Shown here: positions 27,401 through 40,468 of the stretch, piece by piece
Layout: every line of letters begins with the position of its first letter
How positions within the stretch are numbered: the stretch's first letter is position 1
Source of the DNA: Octopus vulgaris
Lineage: Eukaryota
Assembly: GCA_951406725.2 (NCBI GenBank)
Contig: OX597816.1
Location: 87,668,001-87,732,000, forward strand
Direction of reading: 5' to 3'
DNA length: 64,000 nucleotides
Program-made: the position numbers and the translations under genes
Notes under the pieces: model-generated
The model's input: only the letters and a program-made list of their open reading frames with translations
Database searches by the model: none
Told to the model about the DNA's origin: nothing

Positions 27401-28879
27401 TTTAGCTTCAAATACTTTTACACAGACACACACACGCACACACACACACACCAATTCCAAATAGTTTGTTGATTGTTTCAAATCTCTTTATTGTTGTTAT
27501 CATTTCCAGATTAGTCTATTCCAAACATGTACGCATTCATACAAACATATATACACACCCCATAGCTTGTTGATGTTTGCATGCTTATTTGACATTTTTT
27601 TCTTCCATTGTTCATGCTGTTGGTGTTGTTTTGTTTTGTTTGTCACATCCGGCTGGTCCCTTCTGTTACACATCCTCACCAACATGTTTTTGCATGTACA
27701 CATACGCTCGTACCCCCACCTCACCCCTGCCACCAATCCCAGTTTATTGTTGGCCCCTATTTAGGTGATTTCCTGCAGCTATTACATGTGTGACATATGT
27801 GCACATGCAACCTTGCCCCTTTCTCTCTCTTTCTTGCTTTGTCTGTCTGTCTGTCTCTCTCTCTCTCATACACGCACACATCCTTCTCCCTCTCTCTCAT
27901 TCACACACACACCTCTTTCTGTCTGTCTGTCTCTCTCTATATCAAATGCATGTCTCTCTTTCTCTCACACAGACACAGACACACACACATACACATGCAC
28001 AAGCATGCATATCTCACCCTATCTGTCCGACACACCTTTTTTTTATGCATATATCTCCTTCATCTCTCTCTAATACATACACATCCATACAGCTCTCCCC
28101 ACTCTCTCTCTCTATCTCTCTCTCACACACACACACATCCTTCTTTTCACCACCCCCCCCCCAGTCTCTTAACACACACACACACAAATGCATGCATGTC
28201 ATATGAATGAAAAATGCCCAAGGCAGGCAGATGAGGTGTTTTCTGTGAGAAGGGTATTGTAGTGGTGGATGTGAAGTGTTTCCTCCTAACCCTTTAAAAA
28301 GTACTTCTGACCTTTTCTATTCTTTTACGACCTGACTTTTGGCCTCTAGTCTTCCCTATTCATCTCCACTCCCCAACTCTGCATGGCACTTTCTTTCATT
28401 ACAGATTCTATTAAATGTGAGAGAGAATGCGTTTGTGTGCTGTTCATAAGAAAGGCATGAACATAACATAGGCTTTATATCCTTGACAACTTCCACTGAA
28501 GGAAGAATTAGCAACAGACACAAAATGATTAATAATTTTAAATGAGGGCTGTAATTATCATCAGGGTATAGCTAGTGTCACTACTTCAGTATATACTGAT
28601 CAGCATTTAGTCTTGCTGAGTAATATTTGCATTGCTGAAGAGGTGTAATAAGACTGAAACATGTATGTTACTTTCACCAGTTACCTTTAAAGAACAGTCA
28701 ATTGTTTATATTTTCCTAAAGCTTCAATCAACAGGTTTTATCAAAATTACCTCCCTTGCTTGATTTTATATTTTAAGTATCCATAGAGGTTCTTACCTTT
28801 TGATTACTCGGATAAGCTCAATAGATCAAAGTTTTTCAATCCTTTGTACGATAGCTATGAAGAAGTACACCTCTTAAGC

Positions 28880-28996
28880 CTGTCGTTTCTGGTTCCGGTA
28901 CACTGCATGGCACCTTGGGCAAGTGTCTTCTACTATAGCCTCGGGCCAACCAAAACCTTGTGAGTGGATTTGGTAGACGGAAACTGAAAGAAGACC

Positions 28997-29033
<37 letters not shown>

Positions 29034-29235
29034 GTGTGTGTGTATATGTTTGTGTGCCTGTGTTTGTCCCCCCAACAGTGCCTGACAACCGATGGTGGTG
29101 TGTTTACGTCCCCGTAACTTAGCGATTCGGCAAAAAGACCGATAGAGTAAGTACTAGGCTTCCAAAGAATAAGTGCTGGGGTAGATTTGCTCAACTAAAG
29201 GTGGTGCTCCAGCATGGCCACAGTCAAATGACTGT
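28880..29235 (+). mobile_element. CORE-type SINE, 5' decayed
   Basis: cactgcatggcaccttgggcaagtgtcttctactatagcctcggg...ccagcatggccacagtcaaatgactg. Confidence 0.85.
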
Positions 29236-29528
29236 GAGTGTTACTTTCTTGACATCTGCATGATAGTTGTAAGCAAGTGTCACCATCGTGCATGTCGTGC
29301 CTTTTCATTTCATCTTCCATGAAGACCTGTCTGGTCATGAGGAAATTATTACCTTACTTGAAAATTAATTAGTGTTGGCATGAGGAAAGGCATCTGGTTC
29401 TAGAAAATCTGCCTCAATATATTCTGTCTGACCCATGCAGGTATCGAAAAGTGGAAGTTAAAACAATGGTAGTGGTGATGATTAAACCTAAAAGTATAAA
29501 AGACTGGAGTCAGCTGAATGGTATTTCA

Positions 29529-29945
29529 GGCAGTGAGCTGGCAGAAACGTTAACACGCCGTGCAAAATGCTTAGCAGTATTTTGTCTGCCGTTACATTCT
29601 GGGTTCAAATTCCACCGAGGTCGACTTTGCCTTTCATCCTTTTGGGGTCGATTAAACAAGTACTAGTTACGCACAGGGGTCGATATAATCGACTTAATCC
29701 CTTTGTCTGTCCTTGTTTGTCCTCTCTGTGTTTAGCCCCTTGTGGGTAGTAAAGAAATAGGAATTTTGTCTGCTGTTATGTTCTGAGTTCAAATTCCGCC
29801 GAGGTCGACTTTGCTTGTCATCCTTTCGGGGTCAATAAATTAAGAACCAGTTATGCACTGGGGTCAATGTAATCGACTTAATACCTTTGTCTGTCCTTGT
29901 TTGTCCCCTCTATGTTTAGCCTCCTTGTGGGTAATAAAGAAATAG
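29529..29945 (+). mobile_element. Tandem dimer of Meta-domain SINE (full copy plus 5'-truncated copy)
   Basis: Two successive gttcaaattcc..gaggtcgactttgc..tcatccttt..gggtc bodies, each ending tgtgggta(g/a)taaagaaat; possible TSD ggtatttca/ggtgtttca. Confidence 0.88.
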
Positions 29946-29959
29946 GTGTTTCAACACAG

Positions 29960-30270
29960 ATCACAAATCATTTATGCCTTTATGGAAACCTGCCGAAAGT
30001 TAGCAATAAGATCAGACAAAGACGGCTGCGACTATCTGGTCACTGTGTGCACACACCCTGAATTAGAAGCATCCAGAATAGTCTAGTGAAACCGACTTCA
30101 TGGTGATGTAAGAAGAGGAAAAACATCATTACACTTACATCGACAACTTGATTTCAGACATTGCCCTGGAATGTATCCAGGACCTTGAGGCAGTGATGCT
30201 GGACCAAAAAGTGTGGTGGGTGGGCTTTGTTGCTCCAGCTGGGTTGGAACCCAGCCATAACAAAATAATA
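29960..30270 (+). mobile_element. RTE-like LINE ORF2 C-terminal fragment
   Basis: Translates LYGNLPKVSNKIRQRRLRLSGHC..HPELEASRIV..HGDVRRG..YIDNLISD..DLEAVMLDQKVW, with frameshifts and stops. Confidence 0.7.
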
Positions 30271-31149
30271 AATTTATGACCATTGCTTCTACTTTGCTCG
30301 TTGCCCCTGCCCTGAATAATGAAATGTTGACAAGCATTACATCTTGAATAAGTTGTCATACTGCATATCCCCCCCCACCTCACCCTGCCTGCCTCACACA
30401 CCCACATGCCTTGTCCATTTCTTTGAAATTTAGCTTCTTTCGTTTTAATTTACTCCGTATATATATATAATATATAATGTGTGCGTGAGTGGGTTGAGGT
30501 GTTCACACAAACACATTCCCATCCACACACACATGCAAGCATGTGTGTGTGCACACACATACATCCACATTTGCACACATATGAACTTGTGTGTGTGTAT
30601 GTATATATACTTGTGTGTGTGTATGTATATATACTTGTGTGTGTGTATGTATATATACTTGTGTGTATGTGTATATATATATATATACATACTTGTGTAT
30701 GTGTATGCATTAGTGTATCTGTACATGTCACGGGGGGACACACATGCACACATTCCACATGCATATCAATACTAGATGTAAAAAAATAAGAAATACATTT
30801 GCACTAGAATCCATTGAACATGCCAGAGTTGTCTGGTGAAAAGACCTTCAAAAGTCAATTACATGATTAATTAATTAATTAATTAGTTAATTACAAAAAG
30901 TAAATAACAACCTACGCATGTGTTTTAATTGGCAGAATGACCCTTCAAAATACAATACACACACAAAAAAAGCAAGGTTGTCCCGTGGAACCATGGGTAT
31001 TCTTAAGTGGGTTACGATCATACATCTGCTTGATGAGGGCTCATTAATGAGGACTAAACTACAACAGTGTTAATGTAGAGTGGAGTCTGCACTCAAGGCT
31101 TCACTTTGTGCTGGTGAGTTTAAAGTTAAGTTTGCTTGGTGGAGTATTC

Positions 31150-31600
31150 TTCCAATTACAGAAGCTGCTTGAGTAAATGAATAAGATATCGGACTACCTG
31201 CTCATAAATGCTAAACTCAAGTCCACTGAATTTTATTACTGTTCTAGCAGTAATTTTTGAAATTTTTGAAAAGTAAAAATTTTGCATTATGTAGCTTGTT
31301 ATTCTCTTTAAGTGAACCTTTTTTCTGGTTGAAATACACTGAAAAATGGCGACACAGCAGTAAAAAAATCGTAAAAAATAGGGATTTTCATAGAAAAGAA
31401 GCACCTTTTTGATGTAAATAATTTTTGTTGTTAACATGATCCGATTTGAATTTTTTCTTCTATGGAACGAAGAGCAAGCCTTCTTCTATCATACTCTCAA
31501 TTTTGGTCGACTTGTGCTGCAGTTTCTCGGAGGAGATAGTGTTAGTTGAAGGCTACCAAACCTGCCATACACAGACAACTTCAGCTTTATATAGAGAGAG
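31150..31600 (-). mobile_element. Possible non-autonomous Helitron-like fragment
   Basis: The minus strand begins ctctatataaagctgaagttgtctgtgt, resembling TCTATATATATAAA Helitron 5' ends; abuts a truncated MITE B. Confidence 0.35.
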
Positions 31601-31807
31601 ATTTATTTTGAGATGCTCTGTGTTTCTTTCAATTAATTTTAAATATAACAAAGAATTTAGTAAAATAACTTAGATATCATCAAGCTGGTGTTAGGAACAT
31701 AAATTGTGACTAAGGTTTGGTGGAAGATTTAAGTTCAAAACTTATGAAAACAAGACATTTGTACTACAGAACCAGAGGCAGTTTCAGCTGGGTTTGTATT
31801 GAAAGGG
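31601..31807 (-). mobile_element. piggyBac-type MITE family B, one end missing
   Basis: Reverse complement of 15759-15978; ends GAAAGGG-TTAA. Confidence 0.8.
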
Positions 31808-33238
31808 TTAAGTATCTTTTGATGTTGTTTGGTAATGGTGATACAGTGACACTGTACATGTTAAAGAGAGTTTTGTTGTTAGTTTTTAAGAGATATTACA
31901 ACTATAACTAAAGAGACTTGTTAGTCTGCCTCATGGTCCTGGTAGGCAAAATGGATAAGGTGTTGCCCCAGAGGATGGCAAAGGAAATGCGTTGAAACAG
32001 CCACTGACTCATGGGGCTCACACTATGTGGATAGCCATCTCTAAACCCAATAGCTATGAGCAGAGATGAAGACCAGGGCCAAGAATAGTTGGAGGTTTCC
32101 AGTGTCTTGCAGGAAATCGGTTTGTGGTGGTAAAAAGTTGTGTGCTGCTGCCCTAAAGGATAATGGTAGTCTGAGATTCATTATTGTCTGAAAAATAGAA
32201 AGGATGATATAGTTACATTTGTTTGGTCAGTTCTCCTGATATTGCACACATGCTTGCAGACACACACACACACAGTGTGTAAATTAGAGAAGGATTAGAT
32301 CTGTTGACATGACTCACTCCTAATACGCTAAGTGGTGTAAACAAAATTTTCAGTATGCTTTTATTACTCTGTGTAATAAGGGAGTAATTGTGTGTTTGTG
32401 TGTGTGTGTGTGTGTACAGACTTGTACATACTTGCTGTAAAATTCAGAAAAATAAGAAAAGTTTTTATCAAGTGTAAATACACACACACACACACACACA
32501 CACATTCTCTCTCTCCCCCTCTCTCTTTGTATGTTCTGTTTGTCTTATTCTCTCTGTCTCCTTCTCATCTTCACATGAACATGCACATATGCTCTCTGAC
32601 ACACACACACACTAACAAAGCATATTCTTTGTATGTTCTCATACACAATCTGACTGCAGGTTCTGTGTCTTCTCTGCTGTACAGTATTGATAAGATGCAC
32701 AGCCGTTGAACATACACACAGGTACACACACACAAACCTACACAGGCTACCATGTGTATAAAGCAGTATCAGTAATCATTCATACATACATATAACGCTT
32801 TTACTTAACACTGACTCGCCACTGTCTTATCACACATAAACAAGAATACTGTTTCGAAATCAATTAAAACCGTTATTGATTCAACTAAAATTAGCGCCAC
32901 CACCACCACCATCACCACCACATCATTCTGCAAGTAATCATTTAGTGTCAGAGCATTGCTGACTTGTGGAGTTAAAAAAAAACAAATAGTTGTTATTGTG
33001 TGAAGATTGAATTTTCCTCTCATCTCAGCTAGGTCTGTCAGGTGGATTCTCTCCTGTTCCTTTCTGCTGACCTGTAAGGGTGGGCAGTTTTCTGTTGTTA
33101 TTGTTTAGCCAGAGGTGACCTTTGACCAAGCAGGCCTATGGTCAAGGGAACTTCCAGTTGTAGCTATGCCATCTTTTCTTTGTCTGCATCAAACCAGGGC
33201 TACATCAAATATGTCTATTCTAAGCCGATAGGTTGTAA

Positions 33239-33470
33239 GGCAGCAAGCTGGTAGAGACGTTAGCACGCCAGGCGAAGTGCTTCGCGGTATTTCGCCCGCT
33301 GCTACGTTCTGAGTTCAAATTCCGCCGAGGTCGACTTTGCCTTTCATCCTTTCGAGGTCGATAAATCAACTACCAGTTACGCACTGGGGTCAATGTAATC
33401 GACTTAATCCGTTTGTCTGTCCTTGTTTGTCCCCTCTATGTTTAGCCTCTTGTGGGTAATAAAGAAACCT
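33239..33470 (+). mobile_element. Meta-domain SINE, full length with TSD
   Basis: B box gagttcaaattcc; Meta-like domain gcctttcatcctttcgaggtcgataaa; 11-bp TSD ataggttgtaa at 33228-38 and 33471-81. Confidence 0.9.
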
Positions 33471-34019
33471 ATAGGTTGTAATTTGAGTAAGATTTAGCTG
33501 TTATTTCTGTTTTGTTACTGACTTATGGAGTTGTTGGAGAAGGCTTTCAGTAATGGTAGTGTCTCCTATATTTCTACTGTTTGTGGCTGTAACAAATAAC
33601 AAGATTGAACATACTGAAGAGTAACCCCTTAAGTATTCATTGACTTCAAATTCTGCTTGGCAAGGAGTGTGTTGCCCCCTTGCACATTTGTTGAAGGGTG
33701 AGTGAGAGTAGCAAAACAGTCTATAAGAACGGGTCTACTTTTAGCATGATCCTGACAACCTGAGAACACAGCCATGATACATAACCTCTCTTGCTCATCA
33801 GGGTAATCCTAGATTTTTGAGATTCCTCTCCTTTGGACTGTGTTATTGGACAACAGGACACTTTTATGTAATGGTAGCGCAGACAGACTTGTTTTATTTT
33901 CATAGTCCATTCTGCATAAATCGTCGCTATTTTGTTTTTATTTGTCTTTGTACTTTCCCTTCATCTATTGCCTTGAGACTAATAGAAGAAATAATAATAA
34001 TAATTATTATTATTATTTA

Positions 34020-34493
34020 TTGTCTTTGCACAGCTTCTTACGCTGGAGATGTACCGCGGTGCCACCTGTTCACTACCAGTGAACTAAGCTAACCTCCCCT
34101 ATTTTTCAAGCACCATCCGGAGTATTTAAGCTGTTCCGAGCATTGCTGTGTTCTGCAAGTGCTCCACCTTTATTGCAGCCCCTTTTTGCTCCATGTACTT
34201 CTCGAGATTTTTTACTCACTGTTCCCAGGGCTCTAACAGTTTTAGGTACTACTACCACCTTTTTCATTGGCCGTAGCTGCTTAACCTCCCAAGCTAACCT
34301 GCCATATCAACTTTTCTTTCTTCTTTAATGCATACCTTGTTGTCAGCTGAGCATGCTATATCTATGATCCAGCATCATTTGCTTTCTTTTTCAATTAACA
34401 CTATGTCTGGTTTACTATTATCTCACTGAATCATAAAATCCCATAGGATCATTATCATTTTCGATTGATGCCTTCAGGTTTATGTTCATACCA
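34020..34493 (-). mobile_element. R4/Dong-clade non-LTR retrotransposon 3' fragment (restriction-like endonuclease)
   Basis: Minus-strand translation WYEHKPEG..ILWDFMIQ..KPDIVLIEKESK*CWIIDIACSADNKVCIKE..KVVVVPKTVRALGTVSKNLEKYMEQ..LQNTAMLGTA*ILRMVLEK*; the 3' end runs into (TAA)n. Confidence 0.8.
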
Positions 34494-34569
34494 ACTTTTT
34501 GCTCTTTCAAAATGTCCAATGGACAATCCTCTCTTATATTCTTTCTGGGTTTGTGGCATAATGGTGGTA

Positions 34570-34626
<57 letters not shown>

Positions 34627-34822
34627 GTCTTGCTAATTACTTGATGACCACACTAGTGCTGGTGCTATGGTTTCTCCATTGCACCAGTACACTTTGTATA
34701 GCAGTTGGTTGTTGAGACCATGCAAAAGTAGACATTGGAGCTTGATGCATTCTTCTGGCTCATCAGATCCTATCAAACCATGCAACTTATGCCAGCATAG
34801 AAAGCAGACATTGGATTATTGC

Positions 34823-34870
<48 letters not shown>

Positions 34871-36759
34871 CATTTTGATGATAATGATGATGCTGATATC
34901 GGTCTTCTATTGTGAACTATAGAATAGTGATTTCCTGAGTGAAACCTTTTGCATTAGACTTTGGTGAAAAATGGCTTTTACTATTATAGCATATTGAAAC
35001 ACATTTATTGCTGTAATTTCTCAATTCCTGCATGTATTTATGTGTAAGTGTATGTGTATTAATGTCTAACATTGGTATAAAGTCACAAATTTGAAGGGAG
35101 TGTAGTCAATTATAATCAGCCAGTACTTGACTAGCATTTTATTTTATCGAACCCAAGATGAAAAGCGAAGTTGATTTTGTCAGAATTCAAAATCAAAATG
35201 TAATGGGTTTATAACTAAATACCACAGGTCACGTTGTCCAGTGCTCCAATAATACTATCTATCCACCACCTTAAATATGTATGTGTGTGTTAGAGATGAA
35301 TGGAAATTTTCATGTGAAATGTCAAAAAGTTTGGGTACATTTTATTTCTGTAATTCAGTCATTGATACAATTCCACTACATCACTGAGCTTATAAGCTTT
35401 GATACTTCATAACAATTGATACTATTTAGAAATAAAAATGAAAATGAATGTAATAGTTTGTGTGCTTTTGAATAACTAAATTGGGTATTTATTTTCCTTT
35501 TTATCCTGTATAATGCCATACTTTTAATCTTCCTGGAAGTTTTGTTCTTCTAAAGCTTGATACAAAAGGTTTCATGTCAGTCTACTCTCTTACATACATG
35601 TGTTGTATCACATGCTTTTACTGTATAAGTAAATGCAGTTTTGTGTAGGCTGGGTATATACTGCGTTTTGTTGAGTATTTTTGTTATTCTCATGTATAGA
35701 AAGTACTCTATGCAATGTATACAGTGCTTTGTAATGCTATTTTCTGTATGTTACGCATGCAAGTCATAAGGTTTTACTTATGTATTTATTTGTCTGCATA
35801 TTCTTTGTTGTTTTTTGGGTTTTTTTATCCACCTGAAGGTGCCTTTCTTGTGGAAGAGACACATTTTACTGGTTGGTGGACCATCTACTGCCAAACCCTT
35901 CTCCATGAAGGACTTAGCATGTCAAAGCATATGATACCGAGACATCCACTGAGGCTGTGTGTGGCACCTGCAGAGATATCAGGATGGTGAATAGGTGTAG
36001 TTGTTGTTTCTGAGACATGTTTTTCCATAGCTTGTCTTCACAGAACCTGGCACACACAAAAACTGTTAGTCAGTAATTCAACCAGTGAAATTTCCACTTT
36101 CTATACAGGACTAATAGTAGGAAAGCATCAACAATGTTCTCAGAGGAACTCTAAGCATTAACAAGAATCAACTGGCAAGTCTAATTTCTAGAGGATTTGC
36201 AAACCAATGGACATCTTCAAGAAATTCCATGCACTAAGATAAATACTACATACATGAAAATTTCGTCAGCTGGTCAGACCAAAAAGCTGACACAGCAACA
36301 ACACCCTTTCTGCAGATACTCATTTAGTATCCATGCATTGATTTATGTAAGATTGAGTTATGTAAGATTGATTCTAAGTACTAGCTAAATCTATCATGAC
36401 AATCATCTTGGTCCTATCTTTGACTGAGAAGGGCATGTAGTTTTTCTATAGCCAAAGACAAGATTACTGAATGGACCCAAAACTGATACTTCTTTTATTT
36501 AGCTAAGCCTTCATTAATGCCTTTATTAATTTCTTGAAGTTCCATTTTGTTGAAAAGTGGATAAGAGTGGTGTGCATTGCTTGTGTGAATGCAACTATTT
36601 TCAGCATGCCTTTAAAAGCCAGGAATTATAACTGGCAAAAAGACCTGATCTGAGAAATTCTTGATCTGTAGAATTCATTGATTGGTAGGCCTCCTCTTGG
36701 GACTTTCTTCATATTTGTGTGTACATTCCTTTTTTTTTTCTTTTTTTTTCTTACATTGC

Positions 36760-37062
36760 TGGCATGGCTGTATGATGTTTGCTTCTCAATCTCGTGGTTC
36801 TGGGTTCAGTCCCACTGTTCGGCATCTTAGGCGAGTGTCTTTTATTATAGCCACAGGCTGACCAAAGCCTTATCAGTGAATTTGTTGGACAGAATCTGAA
36901 GGAACCTTAACATGTGTGTGTCTGTGTTTGCCCACCACCAACCACTGTTTGACAACCAGTGTTGGTTTATTTATGTCTCCATTACTTCGCAGTTCAATAA
37001 AAGAAAGAGACTGATGGTACCCCAACATGGTTGAAGTTCAATGACTGAAACAAATAAAAGAA
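36760..37062 (+). mobile_element. CORE-type SINE, diverged
   Basis: gggttcagtcccactgttcggcatcttaggcgagtgtc...aatgactgaaacaaataaaaga. Confidence 0.7.
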
Positions 37063-37576
37063 AACAGATTCCATTCAATTCCAATGAAAACCAAATGCAT
37101 TTCCATTCATGTGTCTTTATAACATTCCCTCGGCTAGCATCAGTGTGATTACAATAAAGTAAAGGAATATCTTCACTGCTACTACTGCTATAACTAATAT
37201 AGCATTTACTACTATTGCTACCAAAATATCTACCAACAACATCATCACTGGTTCCATCACCACCACTGCCACCACCACCTCCAAATTCCATCAGTGTCAA
37301 CTAATTATCTTCATTCAACACATTTCATAAACATTCATGTTTACTACAAAATGCGTATATACGCACGCACGCGTGCGCGCACACACACATTCATTTCCAC
37401 AACTACATATGCACCCACACATTCAAACATACATTCCTATCTCTCTCTCACACACACAAACACCCATACATACATATGCACACATACACATACACACACA
37501 AATACCCAAGTACAATTACACACAGCTACATATGCACACATGCACGCACACACACACACACACACACACATACACA

Positions 37577-37619
<43 letters not shown>

Positions 37620-38016
37620 CTGTTCACATAAATATTACAAGCTTATCTCAACTTTGTGAGACTTATTTGTTACCAGTTTTCTGACATCTTATACTGTAAT
37701 TTCTCAGTAATATATAATAAAGGAACTGTTGCCTTTTGTTTTCTACTTGGCACTAGGGAACGGTTTGGTGGGTGGGGATGAGGGAATGAACCCCTCAACC
37801 CCCATGGCTAACTGGGAGTGAGCTGTAGGTTATTTACATTTTTATTTGTTTTTGCAAATTTTATTTCTTAAATTTTGTTTTGAAAAAGTTATTTTTGCCA
37901 TTTTTGTTGTTGTTTAAGCCCCATCCCCAAAGCCAAACCTTGCTGTAGCAGAATATTATTCCGCATAGGTGGCAGTGTTCTATTCATGACTTTTCTCTGC
38001 CATGGTTTATCTAAGA

Positions 38017-38532
38017 CAGTAGTTTGGGCACCTTGGTTCTCAACTGGGGTCCATATGGCCCCAGAGAGTCCATATAAGATTGCCGGGGATGGAGTGGGGC
38101 ATGCAACAAAATACTAAATTGGGGATCCACAATAATATTTTAAGGGACCCTGAAAAATTTTATTTTGGATGTATTTATTGGTGTAACATTTTACATTGTT
38201 CAACCTACACAAGTTCATCATCATCATCGTTTAGCGTCTGCTTTCCATGCTAGCATGGGTTGGATGGTTCAACTGGGGTCTGGGAAGCCAGAAGGCTGCA
38301 CCCGGCCCTGTCTAATCTGGCAATGTTTCTACGGCTGGATGCCCTTCCTAATGCCAACCACTCAGTGAGTGTAGTGAGTGCTTTTTACGTGCCACCGGCA
38401 CAGTTACGTGCCAGGAATTTTGAAAGAAGTATCTCTAAAACTAGTTTTTAAACATCGAATGGCTATGAGAAGTTTACCGAAATAAGATAGTAATCAAAGA
38501 AGTCCATAAATAAAAAATGGTTGAGAACCCTG
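38017..38532. mobile_element. hAT-type MITE with nested RTE 3'UTR (38214-38402, minus)
   Basis: Perfect 8-bp flanking repeat atctaaga (38009-16, 38533-40); ggttctcaac / gttgagaacc subterminal inverted repeat. Confidence 0.7.
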
Positions 38533-38771
38533 ATCTAAGACTACCATATATAATGTATCTTTTCCGTTGTCTTTAGTAGATGTTCTGGCTATTATTTCTA
38601 GCAATTGTTTTTATTTTTATTTGTAAAAGATGCTGTAGTCTGCCAGACTTGAAATGCCTATCAGTTCTGTGATTCTGTTGAAATTTTGCTAGTTAACTTT
38701 GTTTTTTTTTCCTTGGGGTAGTCAAAGTAGTTGTGGTATAAAATAAGTACCAAGCATATACACAGGTCACA

Positions 38772-38960
38772 GAGGCACATGGCCTAGTGGTTAGAGCGGT
38801 GGACTCACAGTCGAAGGATCGTGGGTTTGAATCTCAGACCGGATGATGTGTGTGTTTATGAGTGAAACACCTAAGCTCCACCTGGCTCCAGCAGATGGTA
38901 AATGGTGAACTTCTGCTGACTCTTTCACCACAACTTTCTCCTTTTCTTCCTGCATCTAGT
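38772..38960 (+). mobile_element. tRNA-derived SINE (third family) 5' part
   Basis: A box tggcctagtggtt, B box gggtttgaatctc; no acceptor stem; continues into a SINE body. Confidence 0.65.
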
Positions 38961-39518
38961 TCTTATCATCTTGTTCTTCTTATCATCCCCACTCCACTAT
39001 CCTCCAAATCCTTCTCTTCATTCTCTCTCAGGGCAGTGGATTGCCAGAATTGTTAGTGTTAAACAAAATATCTTGCTGTATTTACTTTGGCTCTTTAGAT
39101 TTTGGTTTCAAATCCCATTGTGATCAATTTGGTATTTCATCTCTTTGTGATCAAATCTTAATAGGCAAAAACTGTAGGGGCATGTATGTATGTGTAGTGT
39201 TGCATGAAACAACACTAAATGGAATGTATTTATGTAAAGTCATATTTAACACATTCAAGTGCACTTGGGCATAAAAAAAAATAGTCCTTCGAATGTGGAC
39301 CTAGGCTGGGGAGAAAATTCTCCTGTATGAAAACATCAGATGAGCTCTCAACGATGCCATCGGATTTTAGGACGCATGCATTTCTGTAGCATTTCACTTT
39401 GTCAGCTCTGAACACCAAATATCTCTTTCATAACCCAATAAGAAGGGAATTATTCTTATTAAAACATCATACATTCCATACACTGATAGGTGTAAAGCTT
39501 AGTCAAGCTAGAATTAAA

Positions 39519-39725
39519 TCTATCTGTCTATCCACTCAGTCGAAGTCGACTCTCGGTTACACTAAGGATAAGTATCCTCCAGTCAGTTCTATCCTGGGCT
39601 GCTTCTTTCAGATTGGCTATGTCCATTCCGGTATCACTCTTGATGGTGTCAAGCCAGCGGGTTCTTGGTCGGCCTCTTCCGCTCTTGCCACTGACCATTC
39701 CGAGCATGATGTTCTTCTCCAGGAA
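39519..39725 (-). mobile_element. RTE/BovB-like LINE 3' end
   Basis: Open frame LEKNIMLGMVSGKSGRGRPRTRWLDTIKSDTGMDIANLKEAAQDRTDWRILILSVTESRLRLSG*, colinear with the BovB-type C-terminus EKTLMLGKIEG.RRRGRQR.RWLD.I...DR..WR...HGV.KSRTRL. Confidence 0.85.
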
Positions 39726-40433
39726 TATTATGCTGTACAAAGTAGCATTGAACAAAATATATTTGTGTAAAATGATATACAACTTGTGTGAGTGCACTTC
39801 TATGTGAGCCAGCATTCTTTATTAAAATATGTGAACACATTTCTCTTGAGTCTTCATATGAACATGTTTTTCTTGACCGTTTAGTAGGTTCCAAAGTGAA
39901 ATTCTGGGATATCTTTCTGATTGGCCAACTAGCCAATCAGATAGATTGTTTCTATTATGTCAGTATACATTTTGGTACCATTTCTTTCATAGAGTAGATC
40001 TTAGCCAATCGGAATTTATTTTAGCAGTTTAGGCTTATTCTCTGCTGAGGCTGTAATTTATAATCAACAGAATTATAGGCCACAGATGTTAAAAGGTTGA
40101 ACAAATTGAATGTAAGTAGTGATTTGAATGTAGTTATGCATATGTGTGTATGTTTGACTCTGTGTGTGTGTGTGAAGACAAACAAAAGCAAAGATAGACA
40201 GACAGTGGTAGCAGACATGCTACATATATGCATGTATAGGCATATATATATATATATATTTACTTGTCTCTTGAGTAGTGATTCTGTAAATTTGATTCCT
40301 AAAAGAAATACCAGATTGGAATATAAATTGGAATCAATATTATTGATGGAACCCTTAATGTTGGTGTTCAGCCTGGTCTTAGGCTAATGACAGAAACTAC
40401 TGAAAGAGTATGTTGCATCTCTCTCTCTTTCTT

Positions 40434-40468
<35 letters not shown>

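Noticed and set aside
35880-36370. Possible LINE endonuclease-region remnant
   Set aside because: Too degraded to assign motifs reliably by eye.
38772-38845. Possible tRNA gene
   Set aside because: A and B boxes are present but there is no acceptor stem, and the sequence continues into a SINE body.
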